NCBI GenBank assembly: GCA_049584715.1 | Contig: JBAUYI010000342.1 | Location: forward strand, 2,262 to 66,261 | Direction of reading: 5' to 3' | DNA length: 64,000 bases | From: Xanthobacteraceae bacterium | GTDB taxonomy: Bacteria; Pseudomonadota; Alphaproteobacteria; Rhizobiales; Xanthobacteraceae | In this document: positions 34,805 to 43,509 of the stretch, one piece after another | Layout of the letters: every line of letters starts with the position of its first letter | Position numbering within the stretch: the stretch's first letter is position 1 | Notes under the pieces: generated by a model | The model's input: the letters and a program-made list of their open reading frames with translations, nothing else | Told to the model about the DNA's origin: nothing | Database searches by the model: none | Translations under genes and position numbers: made by a program

Positions 34805-35325
34805 CTGGCCTCCTGCTCGCCGAATTTTCCGACCAGAGGCGCTTTGTCGAGGCGGCACGGCGCGCCAGCGGTGCGCGCTACCAGCTGCTCGACGCTTACA
34901 CGCCATTCCCGGTCGATGAAATCTTCGAACTCCTCGAACATCGCCGCAGCCACATTCGTCTCGCCATGTTTATCGGCGGCGTCACCATGGCAGCGCTGGC
35001 CTACGCAACCGAATATTTCTCAGCGGCGATCGATTATCCCTACAACAGCGGCGGTCGGCCGTTCGATGCCTGGCCGGCCTTCATGCTGGTGCCGTTCGCC
35101 ACCGGCATCCTCGTTGCCGCGATTGCCGGATTTGCCACGTTCCTGATCGAGACCGGCTTGCCGCGGTTGCACGACCCTCTGTTCGCGGTCGTGGGTTTCG
35201 AACGCGCCAGCCAAGACCGTTTCGTGTTGGCGATCGAGCGGCCCGACGCGAACGAGGAACGGCGTCACGTGATCGATCTTCTGCGCGGCGCCGGCGCCGC
35301 GGCAATCCGTGAGGTCGAGCCGTGA
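34801..35325 (+). CDS. actD: ACIII subunit ActD (DUF3341)
   Basis: ATGA overlap. MTGLLLAEFSD...LLDAYTPFPVDE plus two TM helices. Confidence 0.75.
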   Translation: MTGLLLAEFSDQRRFVEAARRASGARYQLLDAYTPFPVDEIFELLEHRRSHIRLAMFIGGVTMAALAYATEYFSAAIDYPYNSGGRPFDAWPAFMLVPFATGILVAAIAGFATFLIETGLPRLHDPLFAVVGFERASQDRFVLAIERPDANEERRHVIDLLRGAGAAAIREVEP

Positions 35326-35855
35326 CGCGCGGCGTCATCGTATTCGTCACGCTTGTAGCGTGCGGCTGTGCGCTTGCCGGCTGCGATCTCAGCATGACTG
35401 AGCAGCGCAAGCTGACGACTTATGCGCCGACCTCGCTTTGGCACGACGGCACGTCCGCCCGCCCGCTGCCGGATAACGTGGTGGCGCAGGGCGACGTCGA
35501 ACGCGCCACCGCTGCCAAAATACCGCCACCCGTCACCGCAGCGCTGCTGGCGCGCGGCCACGAGCGTTACGGCATTTTCTGTTCGCCGTGCCACGGCCTG
35601 GCGGGCGACGGCGACGGCGTCATCGTCGCCCACGGTTTTCCGGCGCCGCCGTCCTATCACATTGACCGCCTTGCCGCGGCGCCGGCGCAGCATTTCTACG
35701 ATGTGATGACCGAGGGCTATGGCGTGATGTTTTCCTATGCGGATCGCCTCGACCCGCACGACCGCTGGGCCGTCGCCGCCTATATCCGCGCGCTACAGCT
35801 GTCCCGCCGCGCCACCGTTGCCCAAATTCCCAAGGCGAGCGAGCGAATCAAATGA
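35322..35855 (+). CDS. actE: ACIII subunit ActE, monohaem lipoprotein cytochrome c
   Basis: GTGA overlap, lipobox LAGC, and a single CSPCH. Confidence 0.8.
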   Translation: MTRGVIVFVTLVACGCALAGCDLSMTEQRKLTTYAPTSLWHDGTSARPLPDNVVAQGDVERATAAKIPPPVTAALLARGHERYGIFCSPCHGLAGDGDGVIVAHGFPAPPSYHIDRLAAAPAQHFYDVMTEGYGVMFSYADRLDPHDRWAVAAYIRALQLSRRATVAQIPKASERIK

Positions 35856-36916
35856 TCCTGCCGCACCACCAACGCAAGGCGATCGGTGGCGCGGCCTTTG
35901 TCGCGGCGGCTGGGGCGGCAGTGCTGCTTGTCGTGGCCGCCGTGTTCGATGCCAAAGGCGCCGCAGCCGGCTGGCTCATCGGCTTTGCGTTCTGGGCCCA
36001 AATCCTAGCTGGCTGCCTGGCGCTGCTCATGATCCACCGGCTGACCGGCGGGCGCTGGGGTGAACTCGCCGCGCCCATTATCGGGCCGACCGCAGCTGCA
36101 ATGCCGCTGCTCATTGTGCTCGCCATTCCGCTGTTCATCGCCATTCCGGCGCTCTATCCGTGGTCGCACCATCCGGATGCGATCAAGCCGGATGTGTTGT
36201 CGTATTATCTGAACACGCCCGGCTTCATTGTTCGCACCGTGCTGGCGCTCGCTGGTTGGACGGCGCTGGCGATCTTGCTGCCGCGCAATGCCGGGGCGCG
36301 TGGCCGGCTGCTCGCCGCGCTTGGTCTCGTCTTCCACGCCGTCGTCATCAGCAGCGTATCGATCGACTGGTATTTGTCGCTCGAAGCGCCGTTCACGTCA
36401 TCGTCGTTTGGCGCCAGCGTCGCGATCTCCTCACTGGTCGCCGCACTCGCCTGGACGGCAGTCTTGGCGCCCGCGCCGGCCGACGATCCCGCCATCGGCG
36501 ATCTTGGCGCTTTGCTGCTCGCGACCGTGCTCGGCATCACCTACATCGATTTTATGGCGGTGCTGGTGATCTGGTACGGCGACCTGCCGCGCGAAGAGGC
36601 CTGGTTTGTCGCGCGCGACAGCTTACCTTGGACGGCTTTGGCGGTCGCGGCTTTTATTCTTGTTTCCCTGCTGCCGATCTTGGCGCTGCTGCTGTCGCGC
36701 GTGCGCAATGCGCGCAAGCCCCTGCGCGCGGTCGGACTCTGCATACTCGTTGGGCTCGCTTGCTATGACGCTTATCTAATCGCGCCGCCGTCAGGTGCGC
36801 TGACGCTGTTGAGCGGACTCATCGCCATCGTCGGTATCGGACTTGGCTATTGCGGAGTCTTGTTGAGCGGCGTGACGGCACTGTTCACATCGCGGGAGCC
36901 GGCCGATGTCCGCTGA
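35852..36916 (+). CDS. actF: ACIII subunit ActF (second NrfD-like membrane subunit)
   Basis: ATGA overlap. 354-aa polytopic protein. Confidence 0.75.
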   Translation: MILPHHQRKAIGGAAFVAAAGAAVLLVVAAVFDAKGAAAGWLIGFAFWAQILAGCLALLMIHRLTGGRWGELAAPIIGPTAAAMPLLIVLAIPLFIAIPALYPWSHHPDAIKPDVLSYYLNTPGFIVRTVLALAGWTALAILLPRNAGARGRLLAALGLVFHAVVISSVSIDWYLSLEAPFTSSSFGASVAISSLVAALAWTAVLAPAPADDPAIGDLGALLLATVLGITYIDFMAVLVIWYGDLPREEAWFVARDSLPWTALAVAAFILVSLLPILALLLSRVRNARKPLRAVGLCILVGLACYDAYLIAPPSGALTLLSGLIAIVGIGLGYCGVLLSGVTALFTSREPADVR

Positions 36917-37289
36917 AGAACACATCCATTACATCCCGGAGTCGCCTGCGGTCGACAGCAAAGCCGTGCTCCTGTGCGCACTCGGCGCGCTTATCTTGCT
37001 CGCCGGCACCATTGCCGGTTTCCACGAGGTCTACCGGCGCGGCGTGCCGGTCAAAGACGTGCCAGCCCCGCAAGCCTTTCCGCAGCCGCGCGTCGTTACC
37101 AGCCAAGCCGAGTTCGAGGAACGCCAGCGTCTCACCGCCGCGCAACAGAAGCGCCTCGAAACCTGGCGCTGGGCGAATGATCAGCACACCGTGGTGCAGA
37201 TCCCGATCGAGCGCGCCATGGAGATTTTGACGCAAATGGGCGCCGCAGCCTACGACCCGTTGTTGCCGATGCCGGAGAAGCAGCCGTGA
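36906..37289 (+). CDS. single-TM 127-aa protein, possible ActG equivalent
   Basis: 11-nt overlap with actF and one TM helix (AVLLCALGALILLAGTIAGF). The assignment rests only on size and position. Confidence 0.5.
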   Translation: MSAEEHIHYIPESPAVDSKAVLLCALGALILLAGTIAGFHEVYRRGVPVKDVPAPQAFPQPRVVTSQAEFEERQRLTAAQQKRLETWRWANDQHTVVQIPIERAMEILTQMGAAAYDPLLPMPEKQP

Positions 37290-38086
37290 AATCTCCGATG
37301 GCAACAGCGATCTTTTTGCTTGCGTTTTGTGCTGTAGTGCCCGTGCCGGCAATGGCCGGCTTCACATCCGCGCAGCTTGCCGCGATCTCGGCTGCGCCGC
37401 CGCCGAATGCCACGCTGCCGCTTGAGCTCGGCTTCCGCAACGAAAGTGGAAAGCCGTCAACGCTCGCGGGCGCCATCGGCGGCGTGCCGGCCATCGTCAT
37501 TTTTGCCGATTATACCTGCCACACGCTGTGCGGTCCGATCGTGGAGTTTGCTGTTGCCGGCCTTAAGCGGACCGGATTGAGACCCGGCGTCGACTACCGT
37601 TTGATTATAATCGGACTCAACCCCAAGGATGGTCTCGACAGCGCGCGTGCGATGCGCGCCACGCACATCGAGGCAGCGGATCCGATCGGTCGCGCCGCGG
37701 TTTTCTTGAGCGGCGGCGACGCCGACATCCGCGCCGCAACGACGGCTGTCGGTTTCAACTACGCCTATGATGCCGAGCACGATCAATATGCGCATCCGGC
37801 CGCGGCCTACATAATCGATGCCGCCGGCCGCGTGCGGCGGGTGCTCTCGCCGCTTGGACTGGACGGCGGCGATCTGAGGCTTGCTCTGGTTGATGCCGGC
37901 GATGGCGCTGTCGGCAGTTTTGCCGATCGCATCCACCTGCTTTGCTATGGCTACGACCCGGTGCGCGGCATCTATACCGAGCGCATCACCACCATGCTGG
38001 AAATCGCCGCCGGGACGACACTGCTGGCGATGGCCAGCGGCATTTTCATCATGACCTGGCGCGAACGGCGGAGGGCGGCGTCATGA
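37286..38086 (+). CDS. SCO1/SenC-family copper chaperone (thioredoxin fold)
   Basis: GTGA overlap, FADYTCHTLCGPIV (CxxxC), and a C-terminal TM helix. Confidence 0.8.
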   Translation: MKSPMATAIFLLAFCAVVPVPAMAGFTSAQLAAISAAPPPNATLPLELGFRNESGKPSTLAGAIGGVPAIVIFADYTCHTLCGPIVEFAVAGLKRTGLRPGVDYRLIIIGLNPKDGLDSARAMRATHIEAADPIGRAAVFLSGGDADIRAATTAVGFNYAYDAEHDQYAHPAAAYIIDAAGRVRRVLSPLGLDGGDLRLALVDAGDGAVGSFADRIHLLCYGYDPVRGIYTERITTMLEIAAGTTLLAMASGIFIMTWRERRRAAS

Positions 38087-39036
38087 CGCTCAGCCAATTC
38101 GTTACGCCGGCTTCCGATTATGCGACCCGTGTCGACCATCTGTTCTATCTGCTCTCGGTGATCTCCGGCGTTGTCGTCCTAGTGGTCACCGGACTGATCG
38201 TTGTCTTCTTCGCGATCTATCACCGCGGCTCGCCCATGCCGCGCGGCGAATTGCCGGAGCGCAAGAGCCATGAGATCGAAATCGGCTGGACGGTGGCGAC
38301 GCTGTTCACCTTCCTGTTCATCTTCTGGTGGGCGGCGTCGGATCAACTCACCGCGCTGACGCAGCCCAAAGACGCGCTCGAAATCCATGTCGTGGCCAAA
38401 CAATGGATGTGGCGTATCCAGCATCCAAGCGGCGCGCGAGAAATCGACGAGTTGCATGTGCCGGCCGACACCGATGTGCGGCTGGCAATGACGTCGCAGG
38501 ACGTCATCCACGACCTTTATCTGCCGGCGCTCCGGCTCAAGCAGGACATCCTGCCGGACCGCTATACCTATCTGTGGTTCAAGGCCAACAAGACCGGTGT
38601 CTTTCATCTGACCTGCGCCGAATTTTGCGGCACCGACCATTCGGTGATGGCGGGCCGATTGGTGATCGTGACGCCCGCCGATTATGCGCGCTGGACCGCG
38701 GCGCAGCCGCAAGGCGACGATCTCGCCCACCAGGGCGAAGTTTTGTTCCGCTCGCTCGGCTGCTCGGGATGCCATACGCCAGGCTCGACCGTGCACGCAC
38801 CCGACCTGCACGGCGTTTACGGCCGTCCGGTCCACCTGTCCGACGGCCGCACCGTCATTGCCGACGAAGCCTATCTGCGTGATTCGATCATGCTGCCGAA
38901 CAAGGACATCGTTGCCGGCTTTGCGCCGGTCATGCCGAGCTTTGCCGGCACCGCGAGCGAGGGCCAGCTGGTCGAGCTGCTGGCCTATTTGAAGTCGCTC
39001 ACGACGCAGCCGCAGGCCGACGGAGCATCGCCATGA
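38083..39036 (+). CDS. ctaC: cytochrome c oxidase subunit II with fused cytochrome c domain (caa3-type)
   Basis: ATGA overlap, CuA site HLTCAEFCGTDHSVM, and C-terminal CSGCH. Confidence 0.9.
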   Translation: MTLSQFVTPASDYATRVDHLFYLLSVISGVVVLVVTGLIVVFFAIYHRGSPMPRGELPERKSHEIEIGWTVATLFTFLFIFWWAASDQLTALTQPKDALEIHVVAKQWMWRIQHPSGAREIDELHVPADTDVRLAMTSQDVIHDLYLPALRLKQDILPDRYTYLWFKANKTGVFHLTCAEFCGTDHSVMAGRLVIVTPADYARWTAAQPQGDDLAHQGEVLFRSLGCSGCHTPGSTVHAPDLHGVYGRPVHLSDGRTVIADEAYLRDSIMLPNKDIVAGFAPVMPSFAGTASEGQLVELLAYLKSLTTQPQADGASP

Positions 39037-40712
39037 CCGACGTCACGCTGCCCTTCGTGCCGCCGCTCGAAAGCGGAAGAGGAAGCTACCTCGATGAGGG
39101 CCACACTTTGATGTCGTGGCTCGCCACTACCGATCACAAGCGCATCGCCATTCTCTACGCGCTGTCGATCACCGTGTTCTTCTTCATCGGCGGCATCGCC
39201 ATCGCGCTGGTGCGGCTCGAGCTCGTCAGTCCAACCGGGCTGCTGCTGACGTCCGACGAATATAATCGCCTGTTCACGATTCACGGCATCATCATGGTGT
39301 GGTTCTTCCTGGTGCCGTCGATCCCCGCCACAATGGGAAATTTCATCCTGCCGCTGATGATCGGCGCGCCGGATGTGGCCTTTCCGCGCCTCAATCTGCT
39401 CTCCTGGTATCTCTATGTGATCGGCGCGGCATTCACCGTCTATGTGCTGCTGTCGGGCGGCGTCGATACCGGCTGGACGTTCTATCCGCCGTTCTCGTCC
39501 GAATATTCCCACTCCAACGTAGTCGCCGCGGCGGCCGGCGTGTTCGTGGTCGGATTTTCGTCGATCGCCACCGGCGTGAATTTCATGGCCACCATCCACA
39601 TGCTGCGTGCGCCCGGCATGACTTGGTTCCGGCTGCCGCTGTTCGCCTGGTCGATGTATGTCGTCAGCATGGTGATGGTGCTGGCGACGCCAGTGCTCGC
39701 CATGTCGCTGTTGCTCATTACTGCCGAGCGCTGGCTGCACCTGCCGATTTTCGATCCGGCGGCCGGCGGCGATCCGTTGCTGTTCCAGCACCTGTTCTGG
39801 TTCTACAGCCATCCCGCCGTCTACATCATGATCCTACCGGCGATGGGCGTGGTCTCGGAAGTGTTCGCATGCTTCGCGCGGCGCCGCGTGTTCGGTTACG
39901 CCTTCATGGTCTTTTCGCTTCTGACCATCGGCGTGATCGGCTTCATGGTCTGGGGCCACCACATGTTCGTCGCCGGTCAATCGCCGTTGGCCAACCTCAT
40001 CTTCTCATTCCTGTCGTTCATCGTCGCGGTGCCGTCCGCTATCAAAGTCTTCAACTGGACGGCAACGCTCTATCGCGGCCATATCGGCTTCGAGGCGCCG
40101 ATGATCTATGCGCTCGGCTTTCTCGGCCTGTTCACCATCGGTGGGCTGACCGGACTGTTCCTCGCCTCGGTGCCGATCGACGTCGCGGCGACAGACTCTT
40201 ACTTCGTGGTCGCGCATTTCCACACCATCATGGTCGGCGGCACGGTGTCGGCGTTCATGGCCGGCATCCATTATTGGTGGCCGAAGGTGACGGGCCGTCT
40301 CTACAACGAGTTCTGGGCGCAGTTTGCCGCCATCACCATGTTCCTCGGCTTCAACGTGACGTTCCTGCCGCAGTTCGTCATGGGCTGGCTCGGGATGCCA
40401 CGCCGCTACCACTATTACCCGGACGTTTTTCAGATCTGGCACATCCTCTCCAGCGGCGGTGCGGTGATCCTCGCCGTCGCCTATCTGATGCCGCTCGTCT
40501 ATCTCGGCTGGTCTTTATTCTACGGCGAACAGGCGCCGGACAATCCGTGGCAGGCGACCGGCCTCGAATGGCAGACTACGTCACCACCGCCGAAACAGAA
40601 CTTTTTCCGGCCGCCGCGCATTGGTGTCGATCCGTACGACTACCACGACTTCGGCCGCGCCGAGGAGACGGGCGGCGAGGGACGCGCGCAGCCGCAGGGT
40701 GGACAGACATGA
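39033..40712 (+). CDS. ctaD: cytochrome c oxidase subunit I
   Basis: 559 aa with FWFYSHPAVYIMILPAMG and HHMF motifs. ATGA overlap. Confidence 0.95.
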   Translation: MTDVTLPFVPPLESGRGSYLDEGHTLMSWLATTDHKRIAILYALSITVFFFIGGIAIALVRLELVSPTGLLLTSDEYNRLFTIHGIIMVWFFLVPSIPATMGNFILPLMIGAPDVAFPRLNLLSWYLYVIGAAFTVYVLLSGGVDTGWTFYPPFSSEYSHSNVVAAAAGVFVVGFSSIATGVNFMATIHMLRAPGMTWFRLPLFAWSMYVVSMVMVLATPVLAMSLLLITAERWLHLPIFDPAAGGDPLLFQHLFWFYSHPAVYIMILPAMGVVSEVFACFARRRVFGYAFMVFSLLTIGVIGFMVWGHHMFVAGQSPLANLIFSFLSFIVAVPSAIKVFNWTATLYRGHIGFEAPMIYALGFLGLFTIGGLTGLFLASVPIDVAATDSYFVVAHFHTIMVGGTVSAFMAGIHYWWPKVTGRLYNEFWAQFAAITMFLGFNVTFLPQFVMGWLGMPRRYHYYPDVFQIWHILSSGGAVILAVAYLMPLVYLGWSLFYGEQAPDNPWQATGLEWQTTSPPPKQNFFRPPRIGVDPYDYHDFGRAEETGGEGRAQPQGGQT

Positions 40713-41341
40713 CCGACCTCGCCCGCGCGCTCCAGGAGCCTTGGCCCGATCTGCGGCTGCAGCGCCAAGGCGTCGGCCTCGGCATGTGGATGTTCCTGGC
40801 GAGCGAAGTGTTGTTCTTCTCCGGCTTGTTCATCACCTATGCGGTTTACCGCAGCTTCAATGCCGAGGCTTTCCGTATCGCCGGCGCGCATACCCAGATC
40901 ATCTATGGCTCGATCAACACCGCGCTCCTTCTCACCAGCAGCCTGACCATGACGGTTGCCTTGCGTGCCGCGACCGCGCGGCTGCGCGACTGGACGCTGG
41001 TCTGTCTCGGCCTGACCGCAGCGCTCGGGCTCGCGTTCCTCACTTGCAAAGGCCTGGAATATCGCGCCGATCTTGCGGAGCACCTCGTGCCTGGACCCGG
41101 CTTTCCCCTGTCGCCGCCGGCGACGCAAATGTTCTGGGGGCTTTATTGGATCATGACCGGCATTCACGCCGTTCACTTGACTGCGGGCATCGGTGTCGTT
41201 GCGGTTGTTTTCGTCTTATTCGCGCGCCGCGTCATTCCGGTGCAAGGCTCGACCATGGAAGGCGTCGCCATCTATTGGCACTTCGTCGATTGCGTCTGGC
41301 TCGTTCTCTTTCCGCTGCTCTATCTGGCGGGCCGGTCATGA
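40709..41341 (+). CDS. ctaE: cytochrome c oxidase subunit III
   Basis: Last 210 codons of ORF 39299..41341 starting MTDLARAL. ATGA overlap. It has five or more TM helices and YWHFVD. Confidence 0.85.
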   Translation: MTDLARALQEPWPDLRLQRQGVGLGMWMFLASEVLFFSGLFITYAVYRSFNAEAFRIAGAHTQIIYGSINTALLLTSSLTMTVALRAATARLRDWTLVCLGLTAALGLAFLTCKGLEYRADLAEHLVPGPGFPLSPPATQMFWGLYWIMTGIHAVHLTAGIGVVAVVFVLFARRVIPVQGSTMEGVAIYWHFVDCVWLVLFPLLYLAGRS

Positions 41342-41625
41342 TCCGACAAAGCACCCGGGCGCTGTGGCAAGGCCCGGCAATCGCCTGGCTCGCGCTGCTG
41401 GTCCTGTTCGCCGGCACTCTCGGCTCGGCCTACCTGCCGCTCGGCGCCGGCAATGTTGCTGTCAATCTTCTCATCGCCGCCATCATGATCGCCGTGCTGG
41501 CGACCTTCCTCATGGATTTGCGGCACGCGACCATGCTGACGCGCATCGTCGCCGCGGCCGGACTGTTCTGGGTCGTCCTGATGTTCGCGCTGACGTTCAG
41601 TGACTATCTCTCCCGCCATTATTGA
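41338..41625 (+). CDS. cytochrome c oxidase subunit IV (prokaryotic small subunit)
   Basis: ATGA overlap. 95 aa with 3 TM helices. Confidence 0.65.
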   Translation: MIRQSTRALWQGPAIAWLALLVLFAGTLGSAYLPLGAGNVAVNLLIAAIMIAVLATFLMDLRHATMLTRIVAAAGLFWVVLMFALTFSDYLSRHY

Positions 41626-41637
41626 TCGAGAGCGGCC

Positions 41638-42450
41638 ATGTCGAAGCAAAAGAGACGCACCGAACGCGAAGTCGAAGACATCGAGGAACGATCGACGCCC
41701 AGCACGCCGGTCATCTACGAAGTCGTCTGCCGCCTCGGCGAGGAAGAGATGGCGCGGCCGGCGGTGTCGCTGTGGTGGTCGGGCGTAGCCGCCGGCCTGT
41801 CCATAAGCTTTTCGCTATTGGCGCAAGCCATCCTGCTCACCCATCTGCCTGACGCGCCGTGGCGGCCGCTCGTTGTCAGCTTCGGTTATTCGCTCGGCTT
41901 CGTCATGGTGGTGCTGTCGCGCCAGCAGCTGTTCACCGAGACGACAATTACCGCCGTATTGCCGGTCATGGCCGCGCTCACCCCCGGCAACCTGTGGAAG
42001 CTCGCGCGCATGTGGGGCATCGTGCTGCTGGCGAATTTTGCCGGCACGCTGTTCGCGGCGCTGTTCTGTACGTTCACGCCAGTGCTCACGCCGGAGTTAA
42101 AAAGCGGGATGCTGGAGATCAGCCGGCAACTCATGACGCCGGGCTGGTTGGAAATGGTCTTCAAGGGAATTTCGTCCGGGTTTTTGATGGCCGCGATGGT
42201 CTGGCTGTTGCCGAGCGCGGAGTCGGCCCAATTCCACGTCACGGTGCTGATGACCTGGCTCATTTCCGCCGGCGGCTTTATGCACGTCGTCGCCGGCAGC
42301 ATCGAAGCCTTCCTGCTGGTGCTCAACGGCGACCTGCAATGGCTCTCGATGATCGACGGTTTCATGGTTCCGGTTCTCATCGGCAACATTATCGGCGGCA
42401 CCGCTTTGTTCGCCTTGATCGCTTACGCGCAAGTCATGAAAGAAATTTAG
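41638..42450 (+). CDS. formate/nitrite transporter (FNT) family channel, YfdC-like
   Basis: 270 aa with 6 TM helices and LVVSFGYSLGFVMVVLSRQQLFTE. It starts 12 nt after the oxidase subunit IV gene. Confidence 0.75.
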   Translation: MSKQKRRTEREVEDIEERSTPSTPVIYEVVCRLGEEEMARPAVSLWWSGVAAGLSISFSLLAQAILLTHLPDAPWRPLVVSFGYSLGFVMVVLSRQQLFTETTITAVLPVMAALTPGNLWKLARMWGIVLLANFAGTLFAALFCTFTPVLTPELKSGMLEISRQLMTPGWLEMVFKGISSGFLMAAMVWLLPSAESAQFHVTVLMTWLISAGGFMHVVAGSIEAFLLVLNGDLQWLSMIDGFMVPVLIGNIIGGTALFALIAYAQVMKEI

Positions 42451-42480
42451 CCACTCGGACTGTGGGAGCGTTCCAACTAT

Positions 42481-42506
42481 GGAACTGCGGACCACCGGTT
42501 CGCGTT
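42481..42506 (+). promoter_or_regulatory. EcfG-type promoter (GGAAC-N17-CGTT) upstream of hypothetical ORF 42526..42837
   Basis: ggaac-tgcggaccaccggttcg-cgtt. The -35 is the right arm of GTTCC-N6-GGAAC. Confidence 0.55.
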
Positions 42507-42525
42507 GTGATTTGTTACAATTGCT

Positions 42526-42837
42526 GTGAGTCCGATGCCATTGCGATCGCGGAAAAAGTCCAAAAGCCCCTTGCGGGATTTGGCGGATTTCCGCGCCAGC
42601 CTCTGGGAAACACTAGCAAAGAACGCGAAAGGCCTAACCGGCTTACAGGTCGTCCGAGCTCTCCGCGAGGTCTCGGACGATATTTATCATGCCGGAATCG
42701 ACGCCGCTTACACGACGACCAAAGTCCGCGATCCGCAAAACCTCGCCGATGCTTGGGATCTGACCTGGCTGACGGCTCTCAGCGTCAAGCTACTGCATCT
42801 TCAGAGGCCAAGATCGCACCATAAGCCGCCGCAGTAG
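42526..42837 (+). CDS. hypothetical protein (start may be the ATG at 42535)
   Basis: 103-aa ORF directly downstream of a consensus stress promoter. No SD and no motif were found. Confidence 0.4.
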   Translation: MSPMPLRSRKKSKSPLRDLADFRASLWETLAKNAKGLTGLQVVRALREVSDDIYHAGIDAAYTTTKVRDPQNLADAWDLTWLTALSVKLLHLQRPRSHHKPPQ

Positions 42838-42873
42838 GGCGGATTCCACGCAAATCAGCTTAGCGGAGTTCCC

Positions 42874-42898
42874 GGAACCGCGATTGCGCGGCGCCGTT
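42874..42898 (+). promoter_or_regulatory. EcfG-type promoter (GGAAC-N16-CGTT) upstream of the PaoABC-like operon
   Basis: ggaac-cgcgattgcgcggcgc-cgtt, 77 nt from the ATG at 42975. It is preceded by an inverted GTTCC. Confidence 0.6.
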
Positions 42899-42974
42899 AG
42901 AGTCTTGCAATGCGCCCCGATGGGGACGCGCAATGATTTGGCGAAAGCCAACGGTTCATGTCCGAGGATGTCTG

Positions 42975-43507
42975 ATGCCGTCACCACGCCTCCCCCATAT
43001 CGGCGCCGACCGGAGATCGTTCCTAATGGCAACAGTCTCGACAGCGGCGGCGCCGCTCCTGGCGGGGGCGTCGGGCGCCAAAGCCGCGACCGCTCCCGCG
43101 ACAGAGAACCCGCACAAGCCAGTCGACTCCATTCTGCACATCAACGGCCGCGATCATCAGCTTGCCTTCGATGTCCGCACATCGTTGGACGGCGGGAGCT
43201 GTCGTGCCTGACGCTTGCTGTGGCTGCGCATGGTCGCAATGTCACGACTATCGAAGGTCTCGCGCCGAATGGCGAGCTGCATCCGATGCAGCAGGCCTTC
43301 ATCGACCATGATGCATTCCAGTGCGGGTATTGCACGCCCGGCCAAATCATGTCGGCGGTCGCCTGCGTCAACGAGGGCCATGCCGGCAACGACGCCGACA
43401 TCCGCGAATATATGAGCGGCAATCTGTGCCGTTGCGCCGCCTATCCCAATATTGTCGAGGCGGTGAAACAGGCAAGGCCGGCCATGAAGACGGCGAGCAG
43501 AGAATAG
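42975..43507 (+). pseudogene. PaoA-like Tat-exported 2Fe-2S small subunit, disrupted by an internal deletion plus frameshift
   Basis: Frame A gives the Tat leader DRRSFLMATV and ILHINGRDHQLAFDVRTSL, then stops at 43209. Frame B resumes at RRELSCLTLAV...QCGYCTPG...CRCAAY. The segment carrying C-x4-C-x2-C of the first cluster is absent. Confidence 0.7.
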
Positions 43508-43509
43508 CC

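Noticed and set aside
39299-41341. 680-aa + strand ORF spanning most of the oxidase region
   Set aside because: Its first ~470 codons are an out-of-frame read through ctaD, with a Arg/Ala/Gly-rich composition typical of off-frame GC-rich sequence. Only the last 210 codons, from the ATG at 40709 with an ATGA overlap, encode subunit III.
42884-43507. 207-aa ORF taken at face value as the 2Fe-2S subunit
   Set aside because: Its N-terminal ~100 residues are off-frame nonsense with no Tat leader and no first cluster motif. The true N-terminus is in the 42933 frame, so the locus is better described as a frameshifted or deleted gene.
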